DNA from: a virus
Taxonomy: Duplodnaviria > Caudoviricetes
DNA: 64,000 nucleotides
Virus record (IMG/VR): IMGVR_UViG_2824139951_000003
Location: 1,313 to 65,312 of that record
Direction: 5' to 3' (one strand)
This document shows, piece after piece, positions 9,585 through 19,776 of the stretch. A program made the translations under genes and the position numbers. The notes beneath the pieces were generated by a model. That model ran no database searches. It was not told the origin of the DNA and worked only from the letters and a program-made list of their open reading frames with translations. Within the stretch, counting starts at the first letter, position 1. Each line of letters starts with the position of its first letter.

Positions 9585-11014
9585 GGGAGAACCGTTACGT
9601 CAGCGGCGACACACTGCGCGCCTTCGTTGAATGCGATGGACAAGTCCCCGTTGACGAGCACTTGCGCCCCGGTCGCGATGGTCTTGCCTGTTGCGATGGC
9701 CGGCGTGAAGGTGACGGCGTTGCCCGTGATGCTGGTAATCGTCGCGTTCAGTTGCGAACCGTCTGACTGGTTGACGATGATTGACCTACCGGCTGCGAGG
9801 CTCGCCACATTTGCGACGCTGATCGTTGTAGTTCCAGCGCTGTACGGGCCGGCCGTCACAAGCATGTCTCCGCGGCCCTGATATATATTCTGGATCGGCA
9901 GGTTGTATGTGTTGCTCAGTACATCGAGTTCCGCCTGGGTCTGTCCAGAGCTAGACGTGGCTGCATCGCCCGAAAGGTTCGCCGGGCCGAAGAGCTTGCC
10001 AAGGTATGAATCCTGCCCAACTGAGAAGCCCGACAGGTACTTGACCACTGCCCCGCTAATAAGCGTCTTCGTCGTTGACACATAGCCGGTCAGCGGAACG
10101 ACTGTGATCTGCGTGATGATCGCGACTTCAGTCATCTCGAAGAAGCTGATCGCGATCGGCACGCCAGCCGGATCGGTGACTGTGATGCTCGTCGTGCCGT
10201 ATGTGCCGGTGCCGGGTGACTTCTTCTGCTCGATCGTCTGGGCGATAGTCGTCACGTCGCCACCTTCGGCAACCACCGCGATTGAGTGTGCCGGGATGCC
10301 ATTCGAATCAACGGTGCCGGTCGGATTTTCGTACACCTTGTATCGGCCGATTCCCGATACGTTGCCGATCGCCGCAGAGATCGCCTGAAGGGGCGTGAGC
10401 GCAGAGAGCGACGTCGATGTCGATTGCCGCTGGCGCAATGCCGCGTCGGTCTCAACCGCATCGCCCGGCGTCGCGGCGGCCGGGTTGTTGACCGACTGCC
10501 AGCCCGGCTGCGGGTTGTAGATGGTCGTCACCGTGTCGGCCAGAGCTGCGATCGCGCCGGTATTCTGAGCCGTCGCAGTGACCTCGACCGTCCCGGCGAG
10601 GGGAATCGTAACTGTCTCAGGCAGATTCCAGAGATTCTTGTTCGTGTCCTGCACCACGCCACTGGTGATGATCGTTCCAGCAACACCACCGACGTCAACA
10701 GGCACTGTGCTATTGCTCGACACGTCACGTCGCAGGCCGTTGATCTTCACCTGACTTGACAGCGCGGCGCCTTGCGCATACGAAGGCGAATAGCCAGTGA
10801 ACGTCGTGACATCGGCCTGGTTGCCGTCGTTTATGATCTGGGCCAGGAGGGCCAACCACTGGCCGTCTTGGGAGTCGCTTTCGATGTAGATGTCTGAGCC
10901 GTAAATGCTCTGGAACGAAGCTTGCAGAGAAGCGTAAATGTCGGAGTACCCTGGCGCAGAAATACCCGTCGAATCAATTGTGCACGCCAGCGTTGCGAGG
11001 GGGTAGGTCGCCAT
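9581..11014 (-). CDS. Baseplate J-like wedge protein
   Basis: DSQDGQW, ETDAALRQRQ, YENPTG..DSNGIPAHSI. Confidence 0.9.
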   Translation of the reverse strand: MATYPLATLACTIDSTGISAPGYSDIYASLQASFQSIYGSDIYIESDSQDGQWLALLAQIINDGNQADVTTFTGYSPSYAQGAALSSQVKINGLRRDVSSNSTVPVDVGGVAGTIITSGVVQDTNKNLWNLPETVTIPLAGTVEVTATAQNTGAIAALADTVTTIYNPQPGWQSVNNPAAATPGDAVETDAALRQRQSTSTSLSALTPLQAISAAIGNVSGIGRYKVYENPTGTVDSNGIPAHSIAVVAEGGDVTTIAQTIEQKKSPGTGTYGTTSITVTDPAGVPIAISFFEMTEVAIITQITVVPLTGYVSTTKTLISGAVVKYLSGFSVGQDSYLGKLFGPANLSGDAATSSSGQTQAELDVLSNTYNLPIQNIYQGRGDMLVTAGPYSAGTTTISVANVASLAAGRSIIVNQSDGSQLNATITSITGNAVTFTPAIATGKTIATGAQVLVNGDLSIAFNEGAQCVAADVTVLP

Positions 11015-11361
11015 CAGGAAGTAACCGTAGTGGTGCCGTAGTCAGTGTCGATGGTGGCCGCCCACGTGAATGATCGCGTGGCCGGATTAAGATAACTGGC
11101 GTATTCAAGTATTTCCTTCACGCCCTGCGTATCGAGGATGTAGCTCTGGATCGCGAGATCGCGCGTTGATGCAGTGCCAGCACCGAGGATGTCGGCGTTG
11201 TAGGGCATGCCCGCAGTCTGATCGAGGAACCACTCGCCTTGCACGAGCTTGACTCTGGTAGTGACGGCCTGAGCCACGGTCTCTGCGCTATCAACCAGGA
11301 GATTTGATCCGTTCACGCCGAATGTGTAATCGCCGTTGGCGTCGAGCGTCCGGTATCTCAT
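11014..11361 (-). CDS. Baseplate wedge subunit (gpW/gp46-like)
   Basis: MRYRTLDANGDY...AQAV.TR.KL..GEWFLD. Confidence 0.8.
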   Translation of the reverse strand: MRYRTLDANGDYTFGVNGSNLLVDSAETVAQAVTTRVKLVQGEWFLDQTAGMPYNADILGAGTASTRDLAIQSYILDTQGVKEILEYASYLNPATRSFTWAATIDTDYGTTTVTS

Positions 11362-11363
11362 GC

Positions 11364-12152
11364 CTATCCACCCTTGATTGTCGATGTGAGGTGTGAGCTA
11401 CCCATCTGCTGGTTTGGGACTCCCGCGCCTGACGATGCGTGCGTATGCGAGTTGAACAGTGTCGTGAATGCCGATGTCACCAGTGACAGGAGCGCTTGAG
11501 CAGACGCGCCCAGACTGATGGACGGGGCCGTTACCGAAGCCGATGAGGTTGCATTCACAGCAACGTTCTGTGCGGTGATGCTTGCATTACCTGTGACGTT
11601 GATCGTCGTGTTACCCCCGACATTCGCAGACCAGTTGGTTTGCGTCACGATGTCGATTTCGTGCGAAGTCGGATTCAACTGCAGGTACGCTTCGCCATCG
11701 TTGCTGCGAAGCTGGGCTGCGCCCGTGCTGATGTTGCTGATCTTTGTCGACTGCGAGAACGGGCCGGGAAGAGCGAATCCATCGGATAGATCGTGCATCC
11801 GGAATTCGGACTGCACTTGAACTCCGCCCGCCGTGTACCAGGCATCAATGCAGCGCGACGAGAAGACGACAAGGCACTCATCGCCTTGTGCAATCGGGAA
11901 AGTAAGGGTGCACCCGCCACCCCTTGGGAAGACAACTGGACAATCCAACAGTAGCGGCAACGGAACCCATTCCAACGAACCATCTTGTGCGCGTACCTGG
12001 GCCTTGATTGCGGGTTGGATCACACACGTAACAGCGCCCGCATCGAAGCTCTCTATAATCCCCGGAAGCGCCGTCCATACTTGAGCCTGATGTCCCTCTA
12101 ACGCCAAGCGAAGCGCTTCCTGGTTGTCGTTGACTCGTTCTAACTGGAGCAT
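11364..12152 (-). CDS. Baseplate central spike (gp138/gpV-like)
   Basis: ALPGIIESFD, GDECLVVFSSRCID.W, RMHDLSD, C-terminal HTH iron-binding motif. Confidence 0.88.
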   Translation of the reverse strand: MLQLERVNDNQEALRLALEGHQAQVWTALPGIIESFDAGAVTCVIQPAIKAQVRAQDGSLEWVPLPLLLDCPVVFPRGGGCTLTFPIAQGDECLVVFSSRCIDAWYTAGGVQVQSEFRMHDLSDGFALPGPFSQSTKISNISTGAAQLRSNDGEAYLQLNPTSHEIDIVTQTNWSANVGGNTTINVTGNASITAQNVAVNATSSASVTAPSISLGASAQALLSLVTSAFTTLFNSHTHASSGAGVPNQQMGSSHLTSTIKGG

Positions 12153-12162
12153 GAGGTATCAG

Positions 12163-12588
12163 ATGAAGGAAATACTTTTGGCTGCGGCGTTGTTCTCTAC
12201 CGCCGCACTTGCTCAGTCGAATGCACCGAAATACAACTTCAGTTTGAATGCACCGCCTAAGCAACCAGCCGCAAAGGGGATTAATCCTGTAGATGAAGGA
12301 GCAATCGTCTGCTCGTCACTGAACGAAGTGAATTGGCTTTTCAGAGAGATCGGACGAGCTAGAATTGCGCGGCGCTATATGCCAGAAGAGACTAGGCAAC
12401 TTGCAAAGCTCCGAGACGGATACGATCCGTGGGCAGAGCCGAGGCCGTCAGATTATCGATGCCAGTTTGTCCCGACCGGAACTCCAATGACTGTCGAATG
12501 GAAGGGCGGCATCCCTGTTGTATTTGGAAAGATGAGCGATGGACGACCATTTGCTGGCGTCACGAGTCCGATGATGGTCGATCATTAA
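12163..12588 (+). CDS. Exported hypothetical protein (moron, antisense to tail operon)
   Basis: GAGG RBS, signal peptide MKEILLAAALFSTAALAQ; fills the gap between two tail genes. Confidence 0.7.
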   Translation: MKEILLAAALFSTAALAQSNAPKYNFSLNAPPKQPAAKGINPVDEGAIVCSSLNEVNWLFREIGRARIARRYMPEETRQLAKLRDGYDPWAEPRPSDYRCQFVPTGTPMTVEWKGGIPVVFGKMSDGRPFAGVTSPMMVDH

Positions 12589-13544
12589 CCGGCTGCTGCG
12601 ACAGACTGATCCTGATTGCTTGCCGACACATCAACCGCGAGGCAGATCATGTCAACGTACCAATCCTGTCCTCGTGTATCGCCGCTAAACTCAGCGACCA
12701 TTACGCGGTAAAAACCTGCTGCAGTGACAACCGTGGCGATAGCCGGGCTATAGCTCAACCCCTGCTGCTGGGTAGTGATCTGGTTGATGTCTGATTGAGC
12801 AATCTGAACGAGACATCCGATGCGTATCAGTGGATTGAGCAGAGCCCTCGCCCTAACCCCATCCTGGGTTGCCTCAGGAACCCCGATCAGGCCGGTTGTT
12901 GATGAGAGAACGACCGCTTCGCCGGGACGATAGCCAGTGACAGGGACAAGGACGAATTGGCCATTCTGAATCGACCAGCGGAAGCCGTACTTGTTGGCCC
13001 AATCTCTCGCATAGTCCCGGCTCATGCCGAACAGTACCTTGCCACGCGAGAGTGCTTGTGCGGTGCCGGCGGCCGAGCCAGCAATCAGCCCGTTAGCGTC
13101 ATCCGCAAACTTGATCGGCGGCGTACCATTGGATGATGCCGCGCCAGTAATGGCGGTGATTACCTGCTTAGGAGTCTGCCCCGCGACTATGGACTGGCTG
13201 ATGACGGAAAAATTCGACCACTCGTCGCCATCTGCGCCCCAAATGTCTACATAGCTGTCAACATTTCGCTCCCGGCCAGTGGTCGTCTGTTTTATCGATC
13301 CTTGAAAGATGATCCCAAAGTTCCCGGTCTCGTAGCCAGCTTGTAACGTAACCGTCCCGAACTCAGTTCCGATCTTCGCGACCGTCTGCGGAGATAGGTT
13401 ATACACCCGAACATATAAGGTGTTTGGCGTCTGCGCGTCTGAGTTTGTCGTGCGAAACGTGAATCTGAAATCGGATAGGTCAAGCCCCTGCGTTCCCGTC
13501 GAGACGATCAGGCTAGCTTTGCGTCCGAACTGAACGTTGCTCAT
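12585..13544 (-). CDS. Baseplate hub protein
   Basis: VRVYNLS, LQAGY...IFQG.I, TGLIGVP, LLNP.I, GDTRGQDWY. Confidence 0.85.
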   Translation of the reverse strand: MSNVQFGRKASLIVSTGTQGLDLSDFRFTFRTTNSDAQTPNTLYVRVYNLSPQTVAKIGTEFGTVTLQAGYETGNFGIIFQGSIKQTTTGRERNVDSYVDIWGADGDEWSNFSVISQSIVAGQTPKQVITAITGAASSNGTPPIKFADDANGLIAGSAAGTAQALSRGKVLFGMSRDYARDWANKYGFRWSIQNGQFVLVPVTGYRPGEAVVLSSTTGLIGVPEATQDGVRARALLNPLIRIGCLVQIAQSDINQITTQQQGLSYSPAIATVVTAAGFYRVMVAEFSGDTRGQDWYVDMICLAVDVSASNQDQSVAAAG

Positions 13545-13849
13545 ACGATCGCGTAGAGATGTGAAGTGACTCCCAACGTGTCATATGTGGGAACTGTATC
13601 GGGAGAATTGTCGGTTTGGGCGACAAGCTGAAAGCCGAAATCAAGATAGCCGTACTGCGCCAGAAGATCGGCTCCGGTCACCATCGGGATCCCGGACAGG
13701 ATTGCATCACCGCTAGAATCGGCTATGTCGATGATCCACGAAGCATTCTGCACGTTCCATCGCACAGTAAAGCCATAAGTCGTACCGGCAAGCGTGATAT
13801 TGAATGTCTGCGGCTCTGCCGACAACGGAATCTCGTAATACGTTGTCAT
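13541..13849 (-). CDS. Baseplate/tail accessory protein
   Basis: EIPL...PQTF.I.L...GIPMVTGADLL.QY.YL. Confidence 0.75.
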   Translation of the reverse strand: MTTYYEIPLSAEPQTFNITLAGTTYGFTVRWNVQNASWIIDIADSSGDAILSGIPMVTGADLLAQYGYLDFGFQLVAQTDNSPDTVPTYDTLGVTSHLYAIV

Positions 13850-14532
13850 GGCAGGGCGGAAACGTTAATGTTCGACGATGGAAGTGGGTATTTCACGCCG
13901 TAATTCGTTGTTGACGCGTTCTGCTCAGGATTCGCCATGTTCGATGAACCAGGAACCGTCACTGTTTGCGTCTGGGCCATCAGAATCTGACGGCAACCGA
14001 TGCGGATGATCATGCTGTTCTCAGTCTTCGCATCCGTGGTCGTCGCGAGTGACTTGATCAGCATGTTCTGGTATGTACGCTTTCCGGTGTAGATCGTGAA
14101 GAGCGAACGATTAGCCTGCATGGTTAGCAAGCTCTGATATGCCGCCACCGAAGCCGTCGTCGCCCCGGCGCTGCCAAACATACTGACCACACCACCAACG
14201 GCTTGAGCAGCACCAATGACTTCTTGAATTACAGAGCTTGCATTCGCCGCTGCACCAACGATCTGGTTGGCCACGCCGGAATTGTTCGGGCTATCCGACC
14301 AACCCGCCGTAACCATTAATTCTGAAGGGCGCTTGAACGCGTGATCGGAGATCGCCGTTCCCTGTTCGACGGGATGATCAGTGATCTCCATGTCGTCGTT
14401 GTGCATCTCCTCAATGGTGGCATCAGGAATCAGCAACGACCCCGAGCCATCATCGAATCCGCGCTTTGGCTTGTTCGTGAGAAGCTGGATCAAAATCTGG
14501 CCAGCCGACACCACATTTCCCAGAACACTCAT
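13846..14532 (-). CDS. Tail tube initiator/Dit-like baseplate protein
   Basis: EITDHPVEQG..ISDHA, TGKRTYQNMLI; follows tape measure. Confidence 0.8.
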   Translation of the reverse strand: MSVLGNVVSAGQILIQLLTNKPKRGFDDGSGSLLIPDATIEEMHNDDMEITDHPVEQGTAISDHAFKRPSELMVTAGWSDSPNNSGVANQIVGAAANASSVIQEVIGAAQAVGGVVSMFGSAGATTASVAAYQSLLTMQANRSLFTIYTGKRTYQNMLIKSLATTTDAKTENSMIIRIGCRQILMAQTQTVTVPGSSNMANPEQNASTTNYGVKYPLPSSNINVSALP

Positions 14533-16262
14533 CTGAAAGCCCCAGCGAAATTTCTCACCATGTCGCCGTTTATCCGGCTTTGCTCTCCACCGACTGCTCG
14601 CGCTGTCCCTTGCGGGTCAGACGAGCCTTCAATATGGAACGTATAGTCTTGTTGAATATTGACACTTGGAGACGACCGGCCAGCAACACCAAGGCGAGCT
14701 TGGCTCAACGAATTTACATTGCTGACTGCGCGGCCGTTCTCGTGCTGGAAAATTGCCTGCGCGACGCCGCCCAGTTGATCTCCACTCAGGCGCATATCAG
14801 CCGAGATACCAAGCTTCTTCGCGACAGCATCAATGTATGCGCTGGTATTATTTTCGCTGGCAGGAGCCCAGCGGGAAATGATCTTGCGCACCGTGTCATA
14901 GCCCTTGGCGACGTATCCCTTCAACAATTCGATGGCGGCCTTGATGCCATCATCCATAGACTGGAATACAGCGAAACGACCATCCGAACCAGTCGCGCCC
15001 ATCGACTTGGCGAATCCACCATAGACGATGTTTCCCGGATTGTTGTTGCGAATGCCGCGGGGCGCCGTCTTGGTTGCGGCCGGTGGCAATTCAACGATCG
15101 TGCCAAAGGATTGATTGCCGTCATCCTGAGATGCAGTAGAATTCGCGGCCGGAGCAGATCCACCACGATTGGCTGCCCCATTGAAATCGAACGTCGATGG
15201 ATCAATGTTTGCCGCTGCGTCCTGGCGATCCTTCAGATAGCCGCCTTCACCCTCGTTAAGATTCTCGCTATGGAACATCAGCGCGATCGGGCCCAATACC
15301 TTCAACAGACCTCCGATCGCACCGCCGGCCGCAACGGCACCTAACTTGCCAACGGCCGAGACGAGATTGAGGATACTCGTCACCAACGGCATCAACTGGA
15401 TCGCCGCAAGCCCGATCAAGATTCCTTTCAAACCGCCAAGGGCCTGATAGACGGAATCGAAGTCGTCGCCGACCTTCTTCCAGTTGACGCTTTGAATCCA
15501 GTTCGCGAGATTTGCGACCGCATCCGCAATGCCCTGAGCCACTTCGCCAGCGTGGTTCTCTGCGAATTTCTCGAATTGATCGACGAGTGGAGTAAGTACC
15601 GGAGCGAGCTTGGACTCGATGACGATCCAGAGATCGTTGAACGTGTCCTTTACAACGCGGATCGAGTTGTTGAAGTCCTTGCCGGCCGCTGCTGCTTGAT
15701 CTGGATCGATGCCGAACGCAGCGAGTTTCGAAGCGTACTTCTTCTTCTCGTCTTCCAGCTTAGGAAGACCATTCTCCAGCATCAGGAGCGTGTCCGGGTC
15801 GATCCCAAACAGCCCAGCATACGCAGCCGCCACATAGGGCTGCATGCCCTTCATCTTTTCGATGAAGCCAGTGAAGAGCTCTGCCGGATCGCCGCCCTTG
15901 ACGCCGAGCGAGTCAAGCAGTCCACCAGAGCCAGGATTAAGGCGCAGTGTGCGAGCGAAATTCTCGAGCGCGCCTTGCGCTTGATCCGCGCTTAGTCCGA
16001 TCTGGCCTGCAGCATATCGCAACGCCATGATGTTGCCGACCGTGGCGCCAGTCCGCTGCGATGCATAGTAAAGGTTCTCCATTTGACTGGAGATGATCTT
16101 CACGCCTGCAACAACGCCAGTTGCCGCTGCAGCAATTCCCGCGCCGATATTTATCACCGACTTCGTGACGCCCTCGACGGAGTTCTCAAACTTCTTGAGA
16201 CCAGCTTCATCAATCTTGAAGCCTAGAGAAACGAGGAATTCGCGGAGAACGTTATCGCTCAT
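14529..16262 (-). CDS. Tape measure protein with C-terminal lysozyme-like domain
   Basis: LREFLVSLGF start, helical Ala/Gly-rich body, RGIRNNNPGNI...RWAP..ENNT.AY. Confidence 0.88.
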   Translation of the reverse strand: MSDNVLREFLVSLGFKIDEAGLKKFENSVEGVTKSVINIGAGIAAAATGVVAGVKIISSQMENLYYASQRTGATVGNIMALRYAAGQIGLSADQAQGALENFARTLRLNPGSGGLLDSLGVKGGDPAELFTGFIEKMKGMQPYVAAAYAGLFGIDPDTLLMLENGLPKLEDEKKKYASKLAAFGIDPDQAAAAGKDFNNSIRVVKDTFNDLWIVIESKLAPVLTPLVDQFEKFAENHAGEVAQGIADAVANLANWIQSVNWKKVGDDFDSVYQALGGLKGILIGLAAIQLMPLVTSILNLVSAVGKLGAVAAGGAIGGLLKVLGPIALMFHSENLNEGEGGYLKDRQDAAANIDPSTFDFNGAANRGGSAPAANSTASQDDGNQSFGTIVELPPAATKTAPRGIRNNNPGNIVYGGFAKSMGATGSDGRFAVFQSMDDGIKAAIELLKGYVAKGYDTVRKIISRWAPASENNTSAYIDAVAKKLGISADMRLSGDQLGGVAQAIFQHENGRAVSNVNSLSQARLGVAGRSSPSVNIQQDYTFHIEGSSDPQGTARAVGGEQSRINGDMVRNFAGAFR

Positions 16263-16498
16263 ATCTTATTGCGCTCCGCCTGCTGCTTAAGGGTTTCTTC
16301 GTTAGCCGCCCGCACGTCGAGAGCGTCGTTCAAAAGTGCCAGGTCTTCCAGCGCCAGCGTCCCGTCGATCAGAGACTCGTACTTGCACAAACCTTCCATG
16401 ACCGGCCTTAGCAGCCAGTCCTCACCATCCGGCAGCGACAGCAGGGCAACTTGTCCTGAGTTAATGCTCGTTACGCCACTGCCGCGCCGGGAAAAAAA
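16259..16498 (-). CDS. gpT-like frameshift extension of tail assembly chaperone
   Basis: Open -1 frame after T7 run: SRRGSG...LPDGEDWLLRPVMEGLCKYESLIDGTL...NKI*. Confidence 0.7.
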   Translation of the reverse strand, partial: FFSRRGSGVTSINSGQVALLSLPDGEDWLLRPVMEGLCKYESLIDGTLALEDLALLNDALDVRAANEETLKQQAERNKI

Positions 16499-16854
16499 CC
16501 ACCCAGGTTTTCCTGAATGACTTTAACGGCGAGCTGGATCATCTGGCCCATGTCGATGTCCTCAAACATGAGGCCACCACCGCGAGCAATTACTGGAGCA
16601 CCTTGGCCATTCGGCTGCATGCGCTGACATACGCCCAGGCATACATCGAGTACGTAATCGACATCATCATCCGACATGCCAGAGAGCGCATCGGTGAGAG
16701 GGCCAAGAAATGCGGCGAACCCAGCGCTTTTGTCGGCAACGCTGCTCATACCGGCGAGTAGCGGTGCAAGTCGGCGAGCCACGTGGAACTGCTTACGTGC
16801 GTCGATACGGCCGATCCGATACTTCTGTCCACCTACTTCAACGATGTCAGTCAT
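16471..16854 (-). CDS. Tail assembly chaperone (gpG-like)
   Basis: QFHVARRLAP...ENLGGFF; lies between tube and tape measure. Confidence 0.85.
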   Translation of the reverse strand: MTDIVEVGGQKYRIGRIDARKQFHVARRLAPLLAGMSSVADKSAGFAAFLGPLTDALSGMSDDDVDYVLDVCLGVCQRMQPNGQGAPVIARGGGLMFEDIDMGQMIQLAVKVIQENLGGFFPGAAVA

Positions 16855-17295
16855 TTACACCGCCGCAAGTGCTGGGTCCATGATGCCGATGTCGAATACC
16901 CATTCGATTGTGCCGGCTTCCATGGCATAGTTGTTGTTCGGAAATTTGTTAAACGCGACCTGCTGGCAAGAGTACTGCTCCCCGCGAACGATGTCCGATC
17001 CAGCGAGCACGTTTTGTCCCCAGTTCGCCGAACTCGTGCGCTGAAAGTTGTACAGCGCCGAGAGCTTCCCGTTCGTCAGCGACGTCTTGAGCAGACGCAC
17101 AGTGGCGCGCCCACCTTTGCCTGGGTTAAGGCTATGCATAGGCGTGCCGTCCGCACCGATGACCATCGTGTTGGCGTTCTCGACGAATTCGAAGGTCACG
17201 CCTTCTTTTGCATCGCCAGCACCATCGCCAAGCGTGATCGAGCCGCCAGGGCCGGTCAGCGTGAGCGCGAAGTTTTGAAAGCTATAAGTGCTCAT
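16855..17295 (-). CDS. Tail tube protein (DUF3277-like)
   Basis: MSTYSF...IGADG..MHS, follows sheath. Confidence 0.85.
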   Translation of the reverse strand: MSTYSFQNFALTLTGPGGSITLGDGAGDAKEGVTFEFVENANTMVIGADGTPMHSLNPGKGGRATVRLLKTSLTNGKLSALYNFQRTSSANWGQNVLAGSDIVRGEQYSCQQVAFNKFPNNNYAMEAGTIEWVFDIGIMDPALAAV

Positions 17296-17307
17296 GCGTT
17301 ATCTCGA

Positions 17308-19122
17308 TTATTGGTTGACGGTCGCAGCGAAGTTCACCGTATGGACTGCGCCAGCCAGTTTTGCGGCAATCTGGAACGGAACAGATTTGCGTGCAGCCCG
17401 ATCGGATGTACTTTGGGAAGCAACACTAGGCTGATAGACGTAATAGCCCTTGGTCAGGTAATCACCTTGATTCAGCGTCCCGAAGCCGCCAACATCCCAT
17501 GTGCCAGGCGCAAATAGGCCATTGGCTACATACTGCTGACAAATTCCTTCGATCACGGTCGCGAGGACATGCATTCCGGGATCGGTCTGCGGAATCTTCG
17601 TCGTCGTGGTGTAGAGAGCATTGAAGAGGGCGGTCTGAGTGTCGATCAGGAATGCGTCGCAGCCTACGATCGTGTCGATAAACTCGCCCGATGCAACCTT
17701 CGCTGGCTCGATAATCGTCGTTCCATTGTTGTAGGCGACAAACACATTGCAGTTCTTCGCCTCGAGTGCGTCGATCTGCGTTTCGTTGAGCGTTTCAGCC
17801 GTCACACCGGGCTCGTCCTTATACATAAGGGTGATTACGGTGCTGTTTCCGGTGTAATCGACAGTCAACTGACGACCAAGTAGCGAGCACACAGCGTAGG
17901 CGCTGCTGCTCGAATATTGCGCCATCGTCTTGTTGTATCCGGCCTGCGAAAGCAAATAGGCGATATCCGTCGTCGATGTCGAAGTAAGAACGCCAGACTC
18001 CTGCGTTGTCACGCCATAAACGTGCTTATTCGTAGTCGACTCGATGAATGCTGCGACCGCTAAATGGTCCGAATCCGCAGCCTGAGGAATTACCAGCCCA
18101 TACCACTGCTGACCAAACTGGTTATCGAAGAGCGTGGCAGCAGCTACCGCCGATTCGGCAGACACGCCTTGCGCGACGTATGCACCCGATGACGCAGAGG
18201 TCATGCCAAGCATCGAGGAAATGTCGGTGCCAGCGCCGCCCGAGAGCGTTGAGCCTGAGGTGGTGCCAACAGAGGCGGCCAACGTGAAGGTGTTCCCTGC
18301 GGTGCCTGCAGTCTTGTAGATGATCTGCAGTGCAGTGCCAGCCTGATTGACCGAGTAGGTAGCCTTCGACAGGTTGGTATCGCTCGATTGATTCAGGAAC
18401 GTCACAGCATTGGCAAGGGTCGCGGCAAGGTTGGAGCCAATCAGAACCTGGTTGCCGGTCGTCAGAGTAGACACGAACGTGACTACTGTGCCCCCGATCG
18501 TGACCGTTGCAGCCGCACTTGGGTTTGCCGAGTACGTCACCGAGCCAAACGCGGTCGGAGCAGACGCGAAGCTGAGAGTCGAACCTGAACCGGTAACACC
18601 GTCCGTGATCTGGAACTGGGCAAAGCTCGAGTTCCAGACGCACGTCGAATTCGGCACTGCCGCAGCCAGCGCAGTCTGGATCAGTGCTGCGATGCCATTC
18701 AGGTTCGTCGACGATCCAAAGCTTGCTGGCGAGATCGTGTAAGGCGTGCCGTTGATCGTGATCGAGAATGCTGGCGCGGTGACCGCCGTCCATGCTGAAA
18801 TAGCCTGCTGGGTGGCCGAAAGCGTTGCGCCGAACAGTTGTGCCCCAGTAGCTGTTTGTGCCCAGCGTCCGATCAGAATGCTCGATGGCTGCGGGGACTG
18901 CCCAAACCATGCTGCGGCAGCAAGGTATTCAGGAGCAGTCGTGCCAAAGTCGCCAGCTACCGCGCTCGAGCTGGTGTACTCGCGCATGCGCGACGAGACA
19001 TCAATCACGTTCGAGGAGCCGAGCACCAGCAGCGAATTCAGGCTCTGCGCCTGGGCCGCGGCGGGAGACAGATTCACCGTCCCCGAGATCAGCCGGGAGA
19101 TTGAAAGTTGACTCGTCGTCAT
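17308..19122 (-). CDS. Tail sheath protein (DUF3383-like)
   Basis: PEYLAA..WFGQSPQP..I.IGRW, KIPQTD.G, KLAGAVH. Confidence 0.9.
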   Translation of the reverse strand: MTTSQLSISRLISGTVNLSPAAAQAQSLNSLLVLGSSNVIDVSSRMREYTSSSAVAGDFGTTAPEYLAAAAWFGQSPQPSSILIGRWAQTATGAQLFGATLSATQQAISAWTAVTAPAFSITINGTPYTISPASFGSSTNLNGIAALIQTALAAAVPNSTCVWNSSFAQFQITDGVTGSGSTLSFASAPTAFGSVTYSANPSAAATVTIGGTVVTFVSTLTTGNQVLIGSNLAATLANAVTFLNQSSDTNLSKATYSVNQAGTALQIIYKTAGTAGNTFTLAASVGTTSGSTLSGGAGTDISSMLGMTSASSGAYVAQGVSAESAVAAATLFDNQFGQQWYGLVIPQAADSDHLAVAAFIESTTNKHVYGVTTQESGVLTSTSTTDIAYLLSQAGYNKTMAQYSSSSAYAVCSLLGRQLTVDYTGNSTVITLMYKDEPGVTAETLNETQIDALEAKNCNVFVAYNNGTTIIEPAKVASGEFIDTIVGCDAFLIDTQTALFNALYTTTTKIPQTDPGMHVLATVIEGICQQYVANGLFAPGTWDVGGFGTLNQGDYLTKGYYVYQPSVASQSTSDRAARKSVPFQIAAKLAGAVHTVNFAATVNQ

Positions 19123-19133
19123 GGATGAGGTCC

Positions 19134-19162
19134 AAAAAGAAAAGCCCGCTCAATGGCGGGCT
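19134..19162 (-). terminator. Rho-independent terminator
   Basis: agcccgc-cattga-gcgggct plus T-run. Confidence 0.55.
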
Positions 19163-19182
19163 GTATATTCGTGAAGCGAGGG

Positions 19183-19776
19183 TTATTGATTGACGATGAT
19201 CTGTTCGGTGAGAGTGGTCGTCTCTGTTTCGGCCTTGAGCGTTGCCTGTGCGGACAAAACGGTAAGGATCTGGTAAGTACGCACGACTCGACGTCGAATT
19301 CGGAGCGACAGATCGAAACGCCTAATCCATTGTTGATTAACCAACTCAGGAGCGGTCACAATCGAACCAACCTCTACCATTCCCATTTCATACTGGTCGA
19401 GTGTCGCGTTGTTCTGCTGAACATACATTCCGTCTCTAGCCTGTGCAGCGTTGCTCAGCGCATTCGGCCCGTAGAAACTCGCGAGCACGGTGATTATTTC
19501 GTGACGGATAAGAGTATCGGTCCCGCTTCCTGTCGGGTCGTGATGTTCGTAGGAGTTGGCGTCATGCTCGATTCCTGTCACACCGATTGCACACCAGTTG
19601 GTTGATGGCTCCGGTTGTTTCGGAACAGTTGGTTGCCAACGCGGGCGCACCATATTCCCAGGTAAGCCAGTAATACCAACAATCATCTGCTGGAAGATCG
19701 AATCAAGCGCCGAGTCTTCAATTGGCGCCGATCCTACGGGCTGGAGATATCCAGCCACTGTGGAATCATTCGCCAC
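19183..19776 (-). CDS. Neck/tail terminator protein
   Basis: GITGLPG.MVRPRWQ; position before sheath. Confidence 0.75.
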   Translation of the reverse strand: MANDSTVAGYLQPVGSAPIEDSALDSIFQQMIVGITGLPGNMVRPRWQPTVPKQPEPSTNWCAIGVTGIEHDANSYEHHDPTGSGTDTLIRHEIITVLASFYGPNALSNAAQARDGMYVQQNNATLDQYEMGMVEVGSIVTAPELVNQQWIRRFDLSLRIRRRVVRTYQILTVLSAQATLKAETETTTLTEQIIVNQ

